Source: Phaeosaccion multiseriatum | Lineage: Eukaryota > Protista > Ochrophyta, other classes | Direction: 5' to 3' | Assembly: GCA_965112735.1 (NCBI GenBank) | Contig: OZ218950.1 | Location: 6,510,001 to 6,574,000, forward strand | DNA: 64,000 bases | In this document: piece by piece, positions 8,025 through 28,920 of the stretch | Numbering within the stretch: the first letter of the stretch is position 1 | Layout: every line of letters begins with the position of its first letter | The notes under the pieces: model-generated | The model's input: only the letters and a program-made list of their open reading frames with translations | Database searches by the model: none | What the model was told of the DNA's origin: nothing | Position numbers and translations under genes: made by a program

Positions 8025-10882
8025 ATGGAATCCACTTATGGCTCGACCACCTTCTCAGCGTTGTCAGCTCCTCCTCCCACTGCTGGCACCAAGCCGCTCT
8101 TGAGGACGTTCGTCCGGGTTTGCCCTCAAGAAGATGGACGGGGGTCAAGGGCGCAAGGGGGGATAGCCCCGCTGGAAGCAGCAGCAGTGACTGCCCGTCG
8201 AATCAAAAGCGGGATGAGCAGCGCACTTGCCAACTCACTTGCACGTGACTTTGGCGAAGCTCTTGAGGAGGAGAGTGAGGCGGAGACGGACGATGATGAC
8301 CATGATAGTGGCCGCCATGGGGGGGTGGTGGATGGTGGGGAGGCCGGCGACCCACCGCTTGACTTCGCCGTAACGACACGAGAACGGGCTGATGGAGCTG
8401 GCTTCTGTGATGCTCTTCGCCTCAACATTCCTACCGAGACTGCCAACACTGGTAGCAGGGGCAGGGGCAAGGCGGTCTTCTTCTTCGACCGAGTCATGGA
8501 CGCAATGACCTCTCAGGAGGATGTGTATAAGCTGGTGGGAAAGCCCGCCGTCAAGGATCTCTTCAGCGGTATCAATGGTGAGCGCGTACGAGACGAAGGA
8601 TGCGAGCGAGCCACTCACTCTATACAACACAACATCTGCCCTTCTTGTCCCTGCGCCCACAGGATGCATCTTCACATACGGGCAGACTGGGAGCGGAAAG
8701 ACATTCACGATGAGCGGAGGGGAGTCTTTCAAAGACAGAGGAATCCTTGCACGTGCAATCGCCAGCGTCTTCAGCACCATCCACGTATGTGACGCACGTC
8801 ATTTCTCTTTCTCGTATTGATGGAGCCCGTCCCTTTCTTGTATTGATCGAGAGCGTCCATCCCGAGAGTGTCACCAGCAAGCACGGAGTCCAAGTTTGCT
8901 CCTCCTTCTCCTCCTTCTCCTGTCGGTGCTATACTCTCTTCATATGAACTCCTTTGCAGGCGCTGAAGGCGAAGGACGCGAGCGCCACCTTTGAGCTACA
9001 CATCACTTGCGTGGAGGTGAGAGGCCTTGCGCTATTCACCGTCCAGTCTAGAGAGCACATGTTTCACGCTCCACCACATGTGGTGAACCAGAGGCTTGAG
9101 ACTTTGTATGGCACACACACACACAAACATACATCACTCGTCTGACTACTCAGGTGTGCAACGAGCGCATCTTTGACCTTCTGGACTCCGGCAATCGATG
9201 CAAGCCCTTCCCGCAGTGGCCTCAGCTCAAGCTGCGAGAGGGCCCGGGCGGCGAGATGCGTCTAACGGGCCTACGGTCGTTCCTCGCCACGACCAAGGAG
9301 GAGGCACTCAACCTCCTGTTCATGGGGCTGGCCAACCAACGAATAAGCTCCATGGGGGTGAGTGGGTGGTGAGGGGCGGGTGCTCCGTTGGGCGTGATGG
9401 TTGCCTGGTCTAGGCTTGTCTCTCTCATTTGTTGACCCTTGTTGTCCTTGGTCATGGAATAGTCATTGGTGGGGTGCAAGTGATGATCATTAATCAATCA
9501 AAAGGGCACAAAAAGAAAGAGAGTGGTGCTGGGGGTTCTGAAACGGGCACCGGCCGCGGGGAGGGGAAGAGCCAGAATACGCGACAAACAGGATGGGGTG
9601 GGGCCTTGCGGGTCTGTCTGTCATGAGTTGAGCTTCGCACTTTTGGTACCAAGATGGACTAATCCAATCCTCCACACACCCCCCTCTGTGCCCTCGACCC
9701 CTCCCGTCCCTCCTCGCTCCTCGTGCCTTTCCACACCAATCCTCCCCACCCCAGCACAAGACGTCCGCCTCTGCCTCCGACTCTGCCTCTGCCTCGTCTC
9801 CCAGCCAAAGCCACATGGTGTTCGGGCTGTCCCTATCCAGTCACCGACGGCAGCGTAAGGGGCAGTGGATATCCACCTCAGCCAAGCTCACCTTCGTTGA
9901 CATGGCGGGCAGCGGGCGAATGCACCACAAGACGCAGGTAGGTAGTAGGTACAAATGCCCTCAGGCCTCCCCTCTCACTTTCTATCCAACCCAGTTCTGC
10001 TCCTCATCCTCCTCCCCCCTACTCTGCCTGCTGTCACATGGTGTGTGTGTTCCCATCCATCCATCTGTCAACCTCTGCCTCTGAAAGGTCTCCTCACACA
10101 GCACGTCTCCAACGCCGCTGAGTAGCACGAGACACCTCACCTCCACCAGCAGAGATGACAGTGGAAGGGCGTGGGGCAAGGTCGGCGGAGGGGTGCGAGG
10201 GCGAAGGGGAAGGAGCATGAGCAGGGCAATGGGGGGGAGGGCGAGGAAGACAGGCAGGGAGCCAGCGAAGGAAGATGATCAAGATGGGGTTGGCATCAAC
10301 GCTTGTATCCACGCGCTCGAGATGGTGATCCTCTCTCTCCGAGACGGACACGCTCACATCCCCTACCGAAACAGCGTCTTCACATCTCTCCTTCGCGAGA
10401 CTCTGGGAGGAAGCTGCAAGACTTGCTTCATCCTCACTTTGAGCGGAGAGGAGCGCCACATCGATGACAGCTTGGCCACCTGCCGATTCGGACGGCTCTG
10501 CTCCCAGGTGATGGTGTCCGACGGCGGCGAGGGAGGAGAAGGCGAGTCGAGCACGACGTGCAATAGTCCCTCCTCCCCCGAGGACGAGGTGCTTCGGCTC
10601 AAACAGGAGAAGGCAGAGCTGAAGAGCAGGCTCTTGGCGCAAACTGGGCAGCTGCAGCTTCAAAAGGTCAAGCTCAGAGCATCTCAGCGTGCTGCGAAAG
10701 AGGCTGGCAGTGGTGGTGGTGGTGGTGGTGGTGTCTCCCTCAATCATCACCTCGACTACGACAGCGCCGACGATGCCTCTTCCCTAGCTGCTGGACTTCG
10801 CACCCCCACGGACGACACCTGGGGGGGGTGGGAAGAAGGAGGAGGCTCCGGTCTTGGCGCTACCTTGGAGAGGGACGATGCC

Positions 10883-10913
<31 letters not shown>

Positions 10914-13242
10914 CCGCCGCCGCTGCTCGTGGGGGACGGAGATGGGACGGGCGGGACGCGCACGCATCAGAGGTATCCCCACTGGCCGTTGGAATGGGGC
11001 TTCGGACAGGCGAGAGAGCAACAAGTGCAAGTGCAAGTGCAAGTGCAAGTGCAAGTGCAAGTAGAAGCGGTTCCTCCTTCCGTGATGAGCAGCACCGCAA
11101 CATGTCGTCGGAGAGAGGAGGAAGCAGAGACGGAGAGCATCAGACGAGGAGTGCATTCGATGGAGGAGGAGGAAGGGGAGCCTCAGCACGCTCAAGGTCG
11201 GTCGATCGAGTAAGGCCCGTCGTCCGTCCGCAGCTACAGCAGCCGTTGGTGCTACAGCAGCAGCAGGGCTCTTCCTTCCTCAGTAGTAGCACTCTGTCCT
11301 TTGCGCGGCCCACGCCCCACACCGACGTGTACCAGACCATGCTGGAAGAGGAGGAACAAGAGCACCGTCGGAGCAGGGGCAGGGGCAAGGTTAACCCGAG
11401 CCCTCCGAGGAGAGAGTCTTTTGACAGCCATCGCCTTGACTGCGGTGACGTAGGCGATGCTTCTCGTGATCAGGCTTGGCAGCAGCAGGACGAGGACGAG
11501 GACGAGGAGGAGGAGGACGACGAGGCGGAGGAGGCGGAGGACGAGGCGGAGGAAGAGGAGGAGGTGGAGGAGGAGTTGGAGGAGGAGGGGGAGAAGAAGC
11601 ACGAGCAGGAGCAGGAGCAGCAGCAGCAGGACGAGTGGAGTAGACAGGGGGAGGCTGGAGGCTGGAGCAGAGAGGGAACAGACTTAAGCGACCCGCGGGA
11701 GGAGATGGACACCGACATTGAGGAAGAGGAGTGGAAGAGTGAGCAAGCAAGTGAGCAAGCAAGTGAGCAAGCCTTAGTAGAGGGAAACGGGCACCAAGGG
11801 CACCAAGGGCACCAAGACGAGAGGCAGGAGGAGCACTCCGAGTCTGCGTTTGCGGCATTGGCGGAGGGCCCATTTGTAGACATGGAGAATCTGACTCGTG
11901 CCCTCGCCACCCAGACCATCCATCGAACCATGCAGCTGGAGGAGGAGGAGGAGGAGGAGGAGGAGGAGGAGGAGGAGGAGAAGGTGTATGGGCATGTCGG
12001 CGAGGAGATGACGGAGCTATCGAGGGGGTTAGGGGTGGAGGTTGAGGAGGGCACCCACAAGGAGGAGAAGGAGGAGGAGGAGCAGAAGGAGGAGGCGGAG
12101 GGAGGGAAGGAGGGAGAGAAGGAAAGGGAGGAGGAGGTGGTAGTGGGGGAAGAGGCGGAGGGGAAGGAGAAGGGGGAGGGGGGGGGGGGAGAGGAGAAGA
12201 AGGAGCTAACAGAGGCAGAGGGGAAGCTCGGGGCCCTGAAGAGGCAGCTGAAGCGCTCCGAGGACGAGTTGGAATCCGCCAACACAAAGCTGGAAGAAGC
12301 GCATCAGCGAGAGAGGGCCAGCGAAGAGGAGGTGCTGCGGCTGGTAGAGGCGTCAAAGGGAATGGCCATAGAGTTGAGCGATGGCCAGGACAAGAATGCG
12401 AACCTAGCGGCTCACTGTGCTGCTCTAGAGAGGGCCAACGCCCAAGCGGAGGAAGACAACAAGGCTGCGCAGGAGAGCTGGAAGCGGCAGATGGCCGTAC
12501 TTAAGCTTACATGGCTCCGGGAGAAGGAGGCGCTGCTTGGGAAGATAGCGCGCCTTGAGGAGGAAAGAATGAGGAGCCGTGCAGAGCAGCAGCAGCAGCA
12601 GCAGTTGGTGATACAGCAGCAGAGGGAGAAGGAGGAGGGTTTACGCGTCGAGAAGGAGGCGAAGAAGGAAGCCGGTGCGGAGGCTAAGGTCTTGCTTGAA
12701 GAAGCATGGCTCCGTGAGAAGGAGGCACTGCTTGGGAAGATAGCACGCCTGGAGGAGGAGGGAATGAGGAGCCGTGCAGAGCAGCAGCAGCAGCAGCAGT
12801 TGGCGATACAGCACCAGAACGAGAAGGAGGCGGAGAAGAAGGAGGCAGGCTCGGAGACCAAGGCCTTGCAGAGACTCCTTCAGGCGGCGGAGGAGCAGCT
12901 CGAGGAGCAAGTTGAGGGCGAGCTTGCGATTGTAGCCCAAGCAGCTGCAGACCTTCGTGAACTCAGGGCGGTTGTGCAGGAGAAGGAGGCGGAGATCCGC
13001 CGACTTGAAAGCGCAAACGCACAATACGCGGACGCCAAGGTTGCCCTCGAGGAGAAGGCACTCCACGCGAAGGAGGTACGTGCGTGTGTGTGAGTGTGAC
13101 TTTGCGCCATCCGTGAGCGTTATGCGAAATGAAGTGGCCCTCGCTCCGATGTCTACCAAGGCCTGTGAATGGAACGACTCATCAGCACTTACTCACGTCT
13201 GACCCTGACTCTCCCCCGCTGGCGCTGGCCGCCCCTCCCCCT

Positions 13243-13273
<31 letters not shown>

Positions 13274-15887
13274 GTTCTCGCTCCCTCTGTCTCCCTCCCT
13301 CTGGCTCGTCCGTCTTGTCGCTCTTTCGCCTTCCGCCCGCAGGTCAGCTCCGCGGTGTTTTCCTCCATGCAGGAGGGTCTGACCAGGCAGATCGACGAGC
13401 TTGGGCACCGCTTATGCGAGGCCCAAGCAGGCCTAGTGGCAGTACCGGAGGCGAACCCTTCCTCTCTGGAGGCTGAGACGGTCGAGTCGGAGGCCTCGAG
13501 TGAGTTTGAGAGAGCGTCGAATGAGAATGGGAATGTTGGAGAGTGGAGCAGAGGAGAGGCAGGAGGGGCGGGAGAACACGACGAGGAGAAGCAGGACAAG
13601 GAGCAGCAGCAGCAGCAGCAGGAGGAGGAGGAAATGGTGGTGGTGGAGTTTGACTCACAGGGCGGTGACGGTTCCGAAGTCGTCGGGCCGGGGCGCAGCG
13701 GCGAAGAGGGGAGTCTTGGTCAGTCCGATCCCACTTCAATCGCGCCGCCGCCGGATCGCCAGGCAGCATACGCAGAGTCGTCCAAGAAGGAGACAGACAG
13801 GGGGAATCAAACCCCTCTCCTCCGACACGTAGTGCATGGCGAGGACAAGCCACCGCAGGAGTGGCAGCATGAGCTGCGCGTCCACACCGGGGCCCCCCAC
13901 CTGCCCGACTCCCTGCCTGACCCCAGGTACCTAGACTACCAAGAGGTGGCGGGGAAGAGGTTGGTAACCAGTCTACAGCCGCCGCAGTTGGTGGTACAGC
14001 AGGAGCAGCAGCAGCAGCAGCAGAAGCAGTCTCCCGAGGGCCGAGATGAAGGAATTGAGATTGAGAGTGGAGGAGGAGGAGGAGGAGGAGGAGGAGGAGG
14101 AGGAGGAGGAGGAGGAGGAGGAGGAGGAGGGGGAGGAGGAGGAGGAGGGGGAGGAGGAGATGAAGGAGGAGGAGAAGGAGGAGAAGGGGGAGAAGGAAAA
14201 GGGAGAGGAGGAGAGCAGCTGAGCAGGCCACTTTCACCGGGCCTTCGGGTCCCATCAAGCCGTAACAACAGCATGGACTCCAGTGGCATACCTTGGTCTG
14301 CCTCGAGACTTGCGACGGCCCTCACTTTGGAGGGGCAGGGGCTTACCCCCCTCCCCAGTCCGGGAGAGGCGACGGGCTTCTCAACCTCGTCTCTCCGCGC
14401 GAGGTATATGAGTCGGGCCTGGGAGTGTGGTTGCTTGTGAGTGCATTTGAGTTGCTTTTGAGAGCTAACGTTGCCCTTCTATTGGACCCATCCCCCCGGG
14501 CCTTTGCTCCGCCACGCAATCCTCGTCACCAACTACAAATCCACTTGCTTTCTTCCTTCCTCCTTCCTTCCTTCCTTCCTTCCTTCCTTCCTTCCTTCCT
14601 TCCTTCCTTCCTTCCTTCCTTCCTTCCATCCATCCATCCATCCCTCCCTCCCTCCCTCCCTCCCTCCATCCTTCCATCTTCCTTTCTTCCTTCCTTCCTC
14701 CCCTCCCTTCCATCGATCCCTCCCTCCATCCCTCCATCCCTCCGTCCCTCCCTCCCTGACTTCCTCCACCCTTCTCTCCATGGCTCTCTCCCTCCCTCCT
14801 TGCCTCCTTGCCTCCTTCCCTCCCTCCCTCCCTCCCTCCCTCCCTCCCTCCCTCCCTCCCTCCCTCCCTCCTTCCTTCCTTCCTTCCTTCCTTTCCCTCC
14901 TCCTTTCCTCCCCTCCTCCCGTCCTTCCCTCCCTTCTTCCCTCCCTCCCTCCCTCCCGGACAGCCTTTCTACACGTGGGGGCTCGGGGGCCGTGAAGGTT
15001 GAGGAAAGCACCGGGCACGCAACGCGCTCAGAGAACATGGCAACTGAAGCCATAGCAGTTGATGATACGACCGCAGCAGAGGCAGCACCACGACCAGGAG
15101 ACGACGGGGTGGGGGGTCACGAGGCAGAGACAGGAGCCCTAGAGCCGCAAAGAAGGAACAGCACAAGTAGCAGCAGCAGCAGTAAGCCCAGGAAGGGTAG
15201 ACTGGGTAGACTGGGCTCTGCTGCCGCTCCGACGACAGTGGTGATACACCCTCCGCGGCCGTCCTCACCGCTGCTACCAGTGGACGGAGGCGAGGTGAGA
15301 CCCGAGCTCACACTGTGGGGGGACAAGAGGGAGACGACGGTGGCCCTTGGTGAGTAGTGGCCAAGAGGAAGAGGAGCGAGTTACGGTGGTCTTTGTATTC
15401 CTTACCGATATTACAACTTTGTCATGCTGTACCTTCTTCGCCTTGCTTGTGCTCCTGCTTGGACTCCGACTCAGGCCGCCGCTCCCACTCAGATCACGAC
15501 GTCGATGACGGAGCCGATCAGAAGAAGAAGCAGCAGCAGCAGCAACAAGGGCAGTCGGTACAGCCAGACGCGTCAAGGCGTGACGAAGCGCCTCGACAGT
15601 CTGCGGCGGAGCGTGCAGGGCCTTCGAAGGACGCTGCGGCAGAAGAAGAAGATGGCGACGTAGACAGCTGGGTCAACGCCTTCGAATTCGCAGTCCGCAA
15701 CAGCGAAGGTGAGGTTTCCTCAAACAGGCCTACTCTGGCACCAACTGCTGTATCACCAACTGCTGCTGGTGCGGGGGCGAGTGGGGCCAAGGGATTCCCA
15801 GGCCTGCGCTTCGGCAAGGAGGTAGTGGTGGAGGCGAAGCTCCCGAGGAGAGGGAGGGGAGCTTATGGGGATTCAAGAGGGGTGTAA
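8025..15887 (+). CDS. Kinesin-9 (KIF6/KIF9-like) motor-domain protein with degenerate switch motifs and long acidic/coiled-coil tail; about 9 exons
   Basis: RTFVRV, FFFDRV, P-loop GCIFTYGQTGSGKTFTM (exon 8663-8784), EVCNERIFDLL, EEALNLLFMG, LTFVDMAGSGR (exon 9755-9937), HIPYRNSVFTSLLRETLGGSCKT. Downstream exons at 10102-13075, 13343-14403, about 14964-15349 and about 15475-15887 join in phase. Confidence 0.85.
14550..14960. repeat. (CCTT)n/(CCCT)n/(CCAT)n intronic microsatellite
   Basis: Visible directly in the kinesin intron. Confidence 0.9.
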
Positions 15888-15961
15888 TTCTTGAGTAGTT
15901 ACTTCAAAAAATAAGAAGGAATAATAATAAAATGGGAATGGGGACTTAATTGGTACGATAG

Positions 15962-23685
<7,724 letters not shown>

Positions 23686-24095
23686 TTTCCCTCTAGTCTA
23701 CTCTCTGCCTTACTCGCCTTTGACACCACTACTCCCCCTCTGAAGCTGCCCTCTGCTTCATAGCCAGAGCTTGGCAACAAGAGCTTTAGGGCAGAGAATC
23801 GGCAGAGAGCCCTTTTTCGTAACGTTTTCGCGTAAGATTACGTAATTAAAGGGAGGCGGATCTTCGGGCTTGTTGAGCCCAGACACAAAAAGAAGTAGAA
23901 GAGGCAGAAAAGAGGTAAGATAGAAACCTCCGTCCCAAGAACCATTCTACGCTGGTCTCCTCAGATCCTCGGTTTGATCCTCCTCTTACCGCCTCCCGTT
24001 CTCACCCCCCCTTCCCCTCTCCCCTTCCATCTTGTCTGCTCCTCCTCGCGACCCCAATCTCCTCTCTTGGTTGGACCAGAGGAAACAGCTCCCTC

Positions 24096-27000
24096 ATGGC
24101 GTTATTCTCTTCCTCCTCTCCGGAGGGAAAGGAAGGCATGCGGCAGAGGAAGAAGGGGGAGGAGAAGGGGGAGGCGAAGGGGGAAGAGAAGGAGGCCTTC
24201 ACGTACAAGGGGGATCGACGGGGGGTAAGTTATTGCGTCCTCTCGATATGTATTTATGGGCACGCTGGAATGGCCTCTTCACCTCCCCTCATCCGACATC
24301 CTTTCTGCCTGAGGACTTCCTTACTGCCTCTTACGGGTCCCTCCCATGCCCTGTGTCGACGCAGTCCAAGGCGCCAGCCCCGTCTTCTATCGTGAACCGA
24401 AAGGAAGGGGAGCGTATCGAGAGCATGATCAACGAGTTCTCCGACAAGGTCAGTCACAAGGGCAAGAAGAGGGGGAAACAATATCTCCCTTCCCCACACA
24501 GTTGTCCCTCCCTTGCAAGGACGAAGCCACTGACCCTTCCCCGCCCGTGTGCTCATGGAACTGACCGGAATGTGCAGGCCCCGCCCCAACTGGCGAAAAT
24601 TTTGAAGGCCATCGGGGCCTACGTCGGGATGGCCTTCACCATCGGTAGCACGCTCATGCCCTTCGTGGTGGGGTTCTGGAAGGGAGTCTACAAGGCAAGA
24701 GGGAATAAAGTGTGCATATTCTGTTTGGCCACCTTCTTCCATCCAGGCCAGAGCATTCACGCCTCCCTATCGTTCTCCTTTTAGCGTCTCTCTCTCTGCT
24801 TCTTTCTCACTCGCTCTCTCTCTTCTCTCCTCTCTTACTCTCTCCCTCTCTCTCCTCCCTCTCACTCGCTCGCTCTCTCTATCTACCTCTCTCCCCCCGC
24901 CCCCTCCGCTGTTGCAGGTGTACCAATACCTCCCGACGGATGTGCTCGCCATCCTGTACGGTAAGCTTGCCAATCAAAGAATCAAAGCAACGTCGCTTAG
25001 GCAATGGCGACCCTGTGTTTCTTGTATGTTGCAGGGGCCATAGGTAGCAGCGCCCCCCCCCCCCCTTCCCTTCCTCCACCTCTTCCTGTTTCTCACGCTC
25101 CCCTACAACGGCGTTTGCGTTGTTTTGAATCAACCTCCTTTCACGTGTGTGTATGTATGTGTGTATGTGTGTGTGTGTGTGTGTGGTTACATACAGGCCT
25201 TGGCATTTGCTTCTTTGGGGGCTACTTTGCTGTGAGCATCGCAGCCATGGAGGCCTTCAACGCCACTGGAGGGGCGAAAGTCCGCCTGTGTATCGATGAC
25301 TTGATCGTGAGTGGATATCGTGAGTGGGTGGGTGGGGGGGTGCTGCTCAGCCAGTAGGGTAGGGGGGGATATGTTGGGGGTATGATACTCTCCATACACC
25401 ATTTGGAAGCGGATTCCAACCCAATCGATCGATAGGAAGTGGAAAGGACGGACGGGAGGCGAGGAATCTGAGTGAATGGAAAGGAATAAGGGGAGCGAAG
25501 GCTTAAAAGCCTTCCACCTCGGCTGAAGTGACAGGAGGAGAAGGAGGAGGAGGAGGAGGAGGAGGAGGAGAAGGAGGAGGGGGAGGAGGGGAGGTGATGG
25601 TGGTGATGGCGGTGACGGTGACGGTGTCATTGACTTACGATACTCCTCCACTGTGCTCGACGCTTCTCGCCTTGTCCGCTCTTTGCTTGGGTCCACTGGC
25701 AGGTGGACATCAAGCAGCTCGCTATCGCAAGCGAAGACGATGACCAGAAGGACGACGACAGAGACGGAGTGGCCGATGTGAAGCAGATTAAACCAAAGGT
25801 AGAGTAACTCTCTCGCTGCTTGGCCTCCCTCCACTCCCTTCCTTCCTCCCTCCTTCTCCCTCCCTGACGTGCTGTCTGCTGACGCCGGGTGATGTAAACT
25901 TTCCTCATTGTAGCTCTTCGCAGCACCGCCAGTTACATCTCTCCGAGTTCAGCACGCGTTCCTCTCTCCCTCCATGGTTTGGGTTCCCCCCATCCTCTAC
26001 GACTCCTGACACAATGCCAATCCATCTCTCTGGCTCTTTCTTCCCCTCTCGCTCTTTCTCTTCCCTCTATTTCCCCATTCTCTCTCTCCTTCCCTGTCCC
26101 CCTCCCTCTCTCCCCCTTCCCCTCTCTCTCCTTCCCTCTCTCTTTCCCTCTCTCCCCCTTCCTCTCTTTCTCTCTCTCTCTCCTTCCCTCTTGACTATGA
26201 CCCCGGACTGCCATGCAGGAGCTGGTGCAAAGGAAGCTTGGCCTTGCTCTCCGCACCATCGACCCCGACCGTTTCACCGTGGCTATGACGGGTGAGTGTA
26301 ACTGACTGACTGACCTACTGACTGTCTGACTGGCTGACTGGCTGACTGACTGGCTGACTGGCTGACTCACTCACTGACTGACTGACTGACTGACTGACTG
26401 ACTGACTGACTGACTGACTGACTGACTGGCTGGCTGGCTGGCTGACAGCGGACAGTGGGCAGCGGGCAGCCGGCGGTGGGCGGCTTTGAGCGAGGTTCAG
26501 AGTCAGCAGCTGTGGATTGAGAGAGTTACTGACTTACTGACTCAGTGTTCGATCCTTTCCTAAGTCTGCTGTTCGTCCATTCCTTGCTCCCCTCCCCGCC
26601 TTGTGCTGATGAGGACGAGCAAACGACCACAACGAATCCCTGGTATCTCTTCTTCTTTGTACACGCCAATTAACGACTCTCTTATCGGTGCACTTTCTGT
26701 ACCTGGGTGTGTTTCGCAGGTGTGTACCAGGGCTACATGGGGGTGCTCGTGGTGCTAAAGTTTCAGTTTGCCCGCACAATCGCCCTCGCCGTCTCCATCG
26801 GTAACTTCATGAGGCCTCTCACGGCGGTGCGTAAGGATCGATATCGGATCGATATATGTGTTCTCGAGAAAGTGAAACTGAAACTACGCACAAAAGGCCT
26901 CTGTAGAGAGAGGGAGGGACGGAGGGGAGAAAGGCCGTTGACTGGGGCGAGAGGAATACGAGAGGGAAGAGGAGAGGAGAGAACGGGGGCTTTGAGAAGG

Positions 27001-27200
27001 ACTGAAAGGCACGGGAAGGGGCTGGAGAAGGGGGAGGGGGAGAAGGTGTTGTCGTGTCATGTTCAGGCCCTCCACTTCCCTCTCCCCACCGAACAAGAGG
27101 AACCTCACACTATTACCACCACCCAGTGCATGGCCCACCACCGAGCACATGGCCCACCGCCCCCCTTGTCGCTCTGACGTAGCTTCTTCTTGTTGTTGAC

Positions 27201-27253
<53 letters not shown>

Positions 27254-28507
27254 CATTTTTGCCGTTGTTGTTTTTCTTCCTCCCTCCCTCTACTCACAGA
27301 GAGCACTCGCTCCTGTGCTTGCTCACGTGGTACCCGAGGACTACCGCCACTGGATCCTGCCCATGATCAATTACTGCTGCAAGTTTGTGGCCATGTCCAT
27401 CGCCTGGTACATACAGAGGCTCATTAGCACGGTCAGTGCGAGGAGGAGGAGGAGCGGGGGGGGGAGGAGGGAGGGGAGAGGGAGGGGAGAGGGAGGGGAT
27501 AGACGGGAGGGTGGAGGGGACAGGGAGGGGACAGGGAGGGGACAGCTCGCTCAGTGAGAGGGGAGAGGGAGTGGAAAGGGAGAGGGGAGGGAAGGCGGGG
27601 GGGGGGAGGGAGTACCGCTAAGAGAAGGGGGGCCGAGGATGATGGCAGGGAGGGGTCAGGGGACGACAACCGCTCAGCGAAGGGCTTTTTAGCTCCCACT
27701 TGTATAGCACCCTCTCCTCTACTTACGTGGATATGTGTTCGGTGCGACGCGTCCCCGCGTACCCACGTGCCCCCTTGTACGCCTCCATGCGGATGTATGT
27801 CCGGCTCCTGTCCGGCTCCATATATGGACAGGTGCAAAGCGGCATCAAGGGCGGCATGATGGCCTCTCGCGGTGCGCTGAGGGCGCTGAACAACCGTGGC
27901 TGGTACAAGGTGGACGAGAAAGACACCTACCTCGATGAGCTTGTGGGCTGGGGGCTAGCGGGGCTGGGCATCTGGTTCCAGGTGGGTGGGTAGTAAGTCA
28001 ATGGGTGGTGGGGCGGTGGGGCGGGGCAGAAAAGAGAGAAGATGGGGTGGGTCTTGACGAGGGCGTGTGTGCGTGTGTGCGTGTGTGCGTGTGTGCGTGT
28101 GTGCGTGTGTGTATCTGTGGGTGTGGGTGTGGGAGGGGGGCGGGCGGGTTAGGGGCAGACGAGTTGTCGCACACGCCTGTCCCTTACCGACGCCCCCTCC
28201 CTCTATGTCCCCCCCTACCCCCTACCTCCTGCCTCTCGCCTTTCTGTCTGTCTGGCTGCCTGTCTGTCTGTCTGTAATTGTTCTGGTGCTTTTCCTCATT
28301 CCACCCATTCCTTTTGCTTCCTCTTCTCTTCTCCTCTCCTCTCCTCTCCTCTCCTCCGTTCCCTTCCCCTTCCGCTTCCCTCTTCCCCAGGTGTCATCAA
28401 ATTGGGACCTCCCCTTCTATGTGGACATGCTCTTCATGCCCTTCCACGTGCTGGAGTGGTTCCTCAAGTGGAGCGTTACATGGATGGATGTCGACCCCGT
28501 CGATTGA
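24096..28507 (+). CDS. Conserved uncharacterised multi-pass membrane protein with acidic DDDRDGVADV loop; 11 exons
   Basis: Exons join in frame: ...LPTDVLAILYG|LGICFFGGYFAVSIAAMEAF...|...DDDQKDDDRDGVADVKQI..|ELVQRKLGLALRTIDP..|..LKFQFARTIALAVSIG..|..VPEDYRHWI..|VQSGIKGG..DEKDTYLDELVGWGLAGLGIWFQ|..PFHVLEWFLKW. I recall this pattern from hypothetical proteins of several protist groups; function unknown. Confidence 0.82.
26298..26445. repeat. (GACT)n/(GGCT)n intronic microsatellite
   Basis: Visible directly just after a splice donor. Confidence 0.95.
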
Positions 28508-28866
28508 AAGTCGACTGAGGCTGAGGGGGAAGGAGAGGGGGCAGGGGAGGCTACTGAACCACACTTAACCACACACATGGGATGCCAAAGGGAACACGCT
28601 ACAATTTGGGTTATAATGTGCCTGCTGCTCCTGCTCTGTTGTGGTGAGGGTACGTGTGTCTTGCGGGCCTCCCTATTTTGTTTTCAGCTTCCGTTCGTAC
28701 TCTGCTCTGCTACACTCCTTTTTGGCTTTGGACACACACCTACTTTTTGTGCATGTGTTTTTTTTTCGAGTTTGATGAGGAGGCTTCTCTTCTCCACTAG
28801 TAGGAGAGTACATTTCTAATTAGGAAGGGAAAAAAGGGGGACGGGGGCGGCCGCGGTCCCTTATCC

Positions 28867-28920
28867 CAAGGCCCGAGGAAAGGCTGCCGATTGGAAAGGC
28901 TGCTGATTCCTCGGGCCTTG
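28867..28920. other. Intergenic hairpin with 14-bp perfect stem
   Basis: CAAGGCCCGAGGAA ... TTCCTCGGGCCTTG, enclosing a duplicated GGAAAGGCTGC(C/T)GATT. Confidence 0.7.

Noticed and set aside
11391-12356. Long Pro/Ser-rich antisense ORFs (also 3250-3969 and 50433-51083)
   Set aside because: Shadows of GAG/GGA/CAG low-complexity coding sequence on the opposite strand.
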